A stretch of DNA of 63,088 bases, filler included, from Squatina squatina (lineage: Eukaryota), in NCBI GenBank assembly GCA_031763465.1. It is 4 parts of 4 records of this genome, joined end to end, with 100 filler letters (N's around TTAATTAATTAA, not from the genome) between each part and the next. Parts side by side here need not be neighbours in the genome. Positions count along the whole stretch, not along the records: positions 50,050 to 63,088 come from JARFOE010000001.1; 3 more parts are not named here. One strand, written 5' to 3'. Position numbers and translations under genes: made by a program. Under the pieces are notes generated by a model. It ran no database searches and was not told the origin of the DNA. It saw nothing but the letters and a program-made list of their open reading frames with translations. Of the stretch, positions 61,106-63,088 are shown in pieces. The number at the start of each line of letters is the position of its first letter. The stretch's first letter is position 1.

Positions 61106-61778
61106 GGGGGCCCGAATTCGGCTGCGCTGAAACGGGCTCCTGAATTCGGGGCCCAGTAGCTCAATGTGCGCCACGTCACTGGCAATGCACAGTGACACGG
61201 ACTTGGGCTCTTTGCCAATGTTTCAGGCCAGCGCTGAATCAGCGTTGCCATGGAGCTTACCTAGCGGTGACTTGGCCATATCCACGTCACCGCTAGGTTA
61301 CCCCAGCAGGCCGGCGCAATCGTGCATGCGCAAGTCGCGGCCCTGCCCCCTCTTTAAAGGCAACAGCCACAGGTTTGGGTGCCAGAAGCAGGGCCCACGG
61401 GGCCGCCAGGTGAGTGCAAACTTTTTTCAGCAAGGGTGGAGGTGGTTTCCTGGGGGGAGATCAGCCGCCAGACATTGGCCGACAATGACGTTGGCTTATA
61501 TTTAAAGATGGCGGCCAACGGCGCAGGCCACACACCGTTAAGAACCCCTGGCAACAACAGGGGAAACTTGCCATTGCCACGCCAGTGGCGTCGGGGGACA
61601 AGCCACCTCCAGTACCGGAGGCAGCGCCCCCACGGCACACAGGGAGGTCGCGGGTGGGCGGAGAGGGGTTACCACACGATTTTATGACATCGCGCACCAG
61701 CACCTATGCCACCGGCAGTGGGGCATCTACGCCACCGGCGCCACAGGCTCAATTCTGCAATTTAAATTTTTAGGCCTC
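61106..61778. mobile_element. ~670-bp CpG-rich non-autonomous DNA transposon (Harbinger-like)
   Basis: Sharp GC island in AT-rich DNA with imperfect termini GGGGCCCGAATT / AATTTTTAGGCCTC. Its overlapping ORFs have no recognisable domain. Confidence 0.55.
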
Positions 61779-63088
61779 TACACTGATTTCATGCCCGGAT
61801 TGCACCACAATCTAGGTGTGAGGTCAGATGAACTGGGGCCCCCAGGTGTTTTGTCAGCAACATAAGCTAGAATTAAATAAATGCTTGAACTATGTTATAA
61901 TCTATTGAGTATAAGAATCATTATAAAGGAATGTGTGCCAGTGCTGGCGATTCAATGTATTATTACAGTAATCAGCAGGTCAATGCACAAGAGGCTTTAC
62001 CGATTCACTGGTGTCAGCTGAGTAGAAACAAATACTAGCTTTACATAAAGCATTTTTCTGAACTTCAAATACCCTTCCCAAAGGCTCTTATTTCTAAGTA
62101 ATGTGGGTACATTTAAAGAACGGCTATTTCATCTGATCAACAAAAGAATAATAGGTCTGTCAGAAGCATTGAAAAACTTGCAGTTTTGACAAAAATAAAT
62201 TATGGTGAGTTTTTGCGACTTGAGATGTGCTATTAAGTGATCATATTTCATTCCCTACCCTTCGTATAAGTGCAAGAGTGATGTTGCATTATGACCTCTG
62301 TCATCCTTCAACAAATGTCANNNNNNNNTTATCGGATAAAAATAAACAAACATTAGAGTGTCAGAACTGGAGATTTTATCGCTAGTTAAACATCCCACAG
62401 GCTGTTCACTACAAGGGAATTGATTGCCATGGAATTTGTTTTAAACAGAAGAAAATCATGATGAATAATAAGAATATGAAAAAAATTAAAACCAAGATGA
62501 ACCAAACAGTAATTAAGTTATTATGACCTGCAGTTTGTATCTCAGAGGACCATTGTGATTAAAGTAGACCCACACATTTTAGGAATCAGTGGCAATAAAC
62601 ACTTATAATACCTTTAATAGATATCACCTTTACTGTGCGTACAAAACTTTTTTTTACAGTATTTAAAATAGTTTCAAAGATTTGTTTTAAGGATATATTT
62701 ACAGTACTTATTCAAAAAAACTGGAAATTTGTGACTGAATCTAAATAAATAAGAGAATTTCCTTGATGATCAATAAATAACATTTACATTATGGTGCATT
62801 TACACTACAAGTTTAACATCAGTGCAAACCCTTTACAGCTTCACACTGACCATAAACTTATGGAGTATAAATCAGGTGTCAAGGCCCAAACTGACTCCAA
62901 AGCAAAGCAGAGTTAGACTCTGTCCTCCAGGGAGTCCCACTGCTCTTTGTTCTGGTGTCAGAATGGGCCCTGACTCTGTATTCAGACCACATTTACATCA
63001 TAACCCCACTGTTGCAAAGTGAAATGACAGCAAAATGCATTTTCTCTGATGATATAGTTATATTATGAATATATCATAAGTTACCGTG

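Noticed and set aside
61033-61773. Cluster of six overlapping ORFs / CpG-island gene
   Set aside because: High GC in a transposon-like insert suppresses stop codons, and no domain is recognisable.
1-63088. CRISPR array, operon or prokaryotic defence system
   Set aside because: There is no repeat-spacer array. The genes are intron-split vertebrate genes among LINEs and SINEs.

Overview
This is eukaryotic DNA, very probably from a cartilaginous fish (shark), judged by its DeuSINE/CR1/L2/Penelope/Harbinger repeat content. It is not one contiguous locus. Three artificial spacers (44 N + TTAATTAATTAA + 44 N) split it into four segments, and each segment is a chain of short contigs joined by mostly 100-N or 10-N gaps, so distances and orientations across gaps are unreliable. 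Segment 1 (1-16884) holds NOVA1 exons and its long 3'UTR. Segment 2 (16985-36126) holds a C1orf226-like last exon, a UHMK1 kinase exon, a NUF2-like exon and exons of at least two, probably three, R4-family RGS genes. Segment 3 (36227-49949) holds a CpG-rich promoter-like contig, many LINE/SINE fragments and a minus-strand GH18 chitinase (CHIA/CHIT1-like) that the ORF track misses. Segment 4 (50050-63088) is mostly non-coding, with an L1 remnant and a spliced Harbinger Myb/SANT gene. I see no wholly new multi-gene system. The strongest leads are Val at the 'human-specific' NOVA1 I197V site, a chitinase with an intact catalytic motif but an apparently decayed SxGGW exon, a possibly ancestral unbroken R4-RGS cluster, a minimal hammerhead ribozyme in a Penelope-like element, and a Harbinger family linked by shared termini. 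Homology calls come from recalled protein sequences, not searches, and repeat boundaries are approximate.
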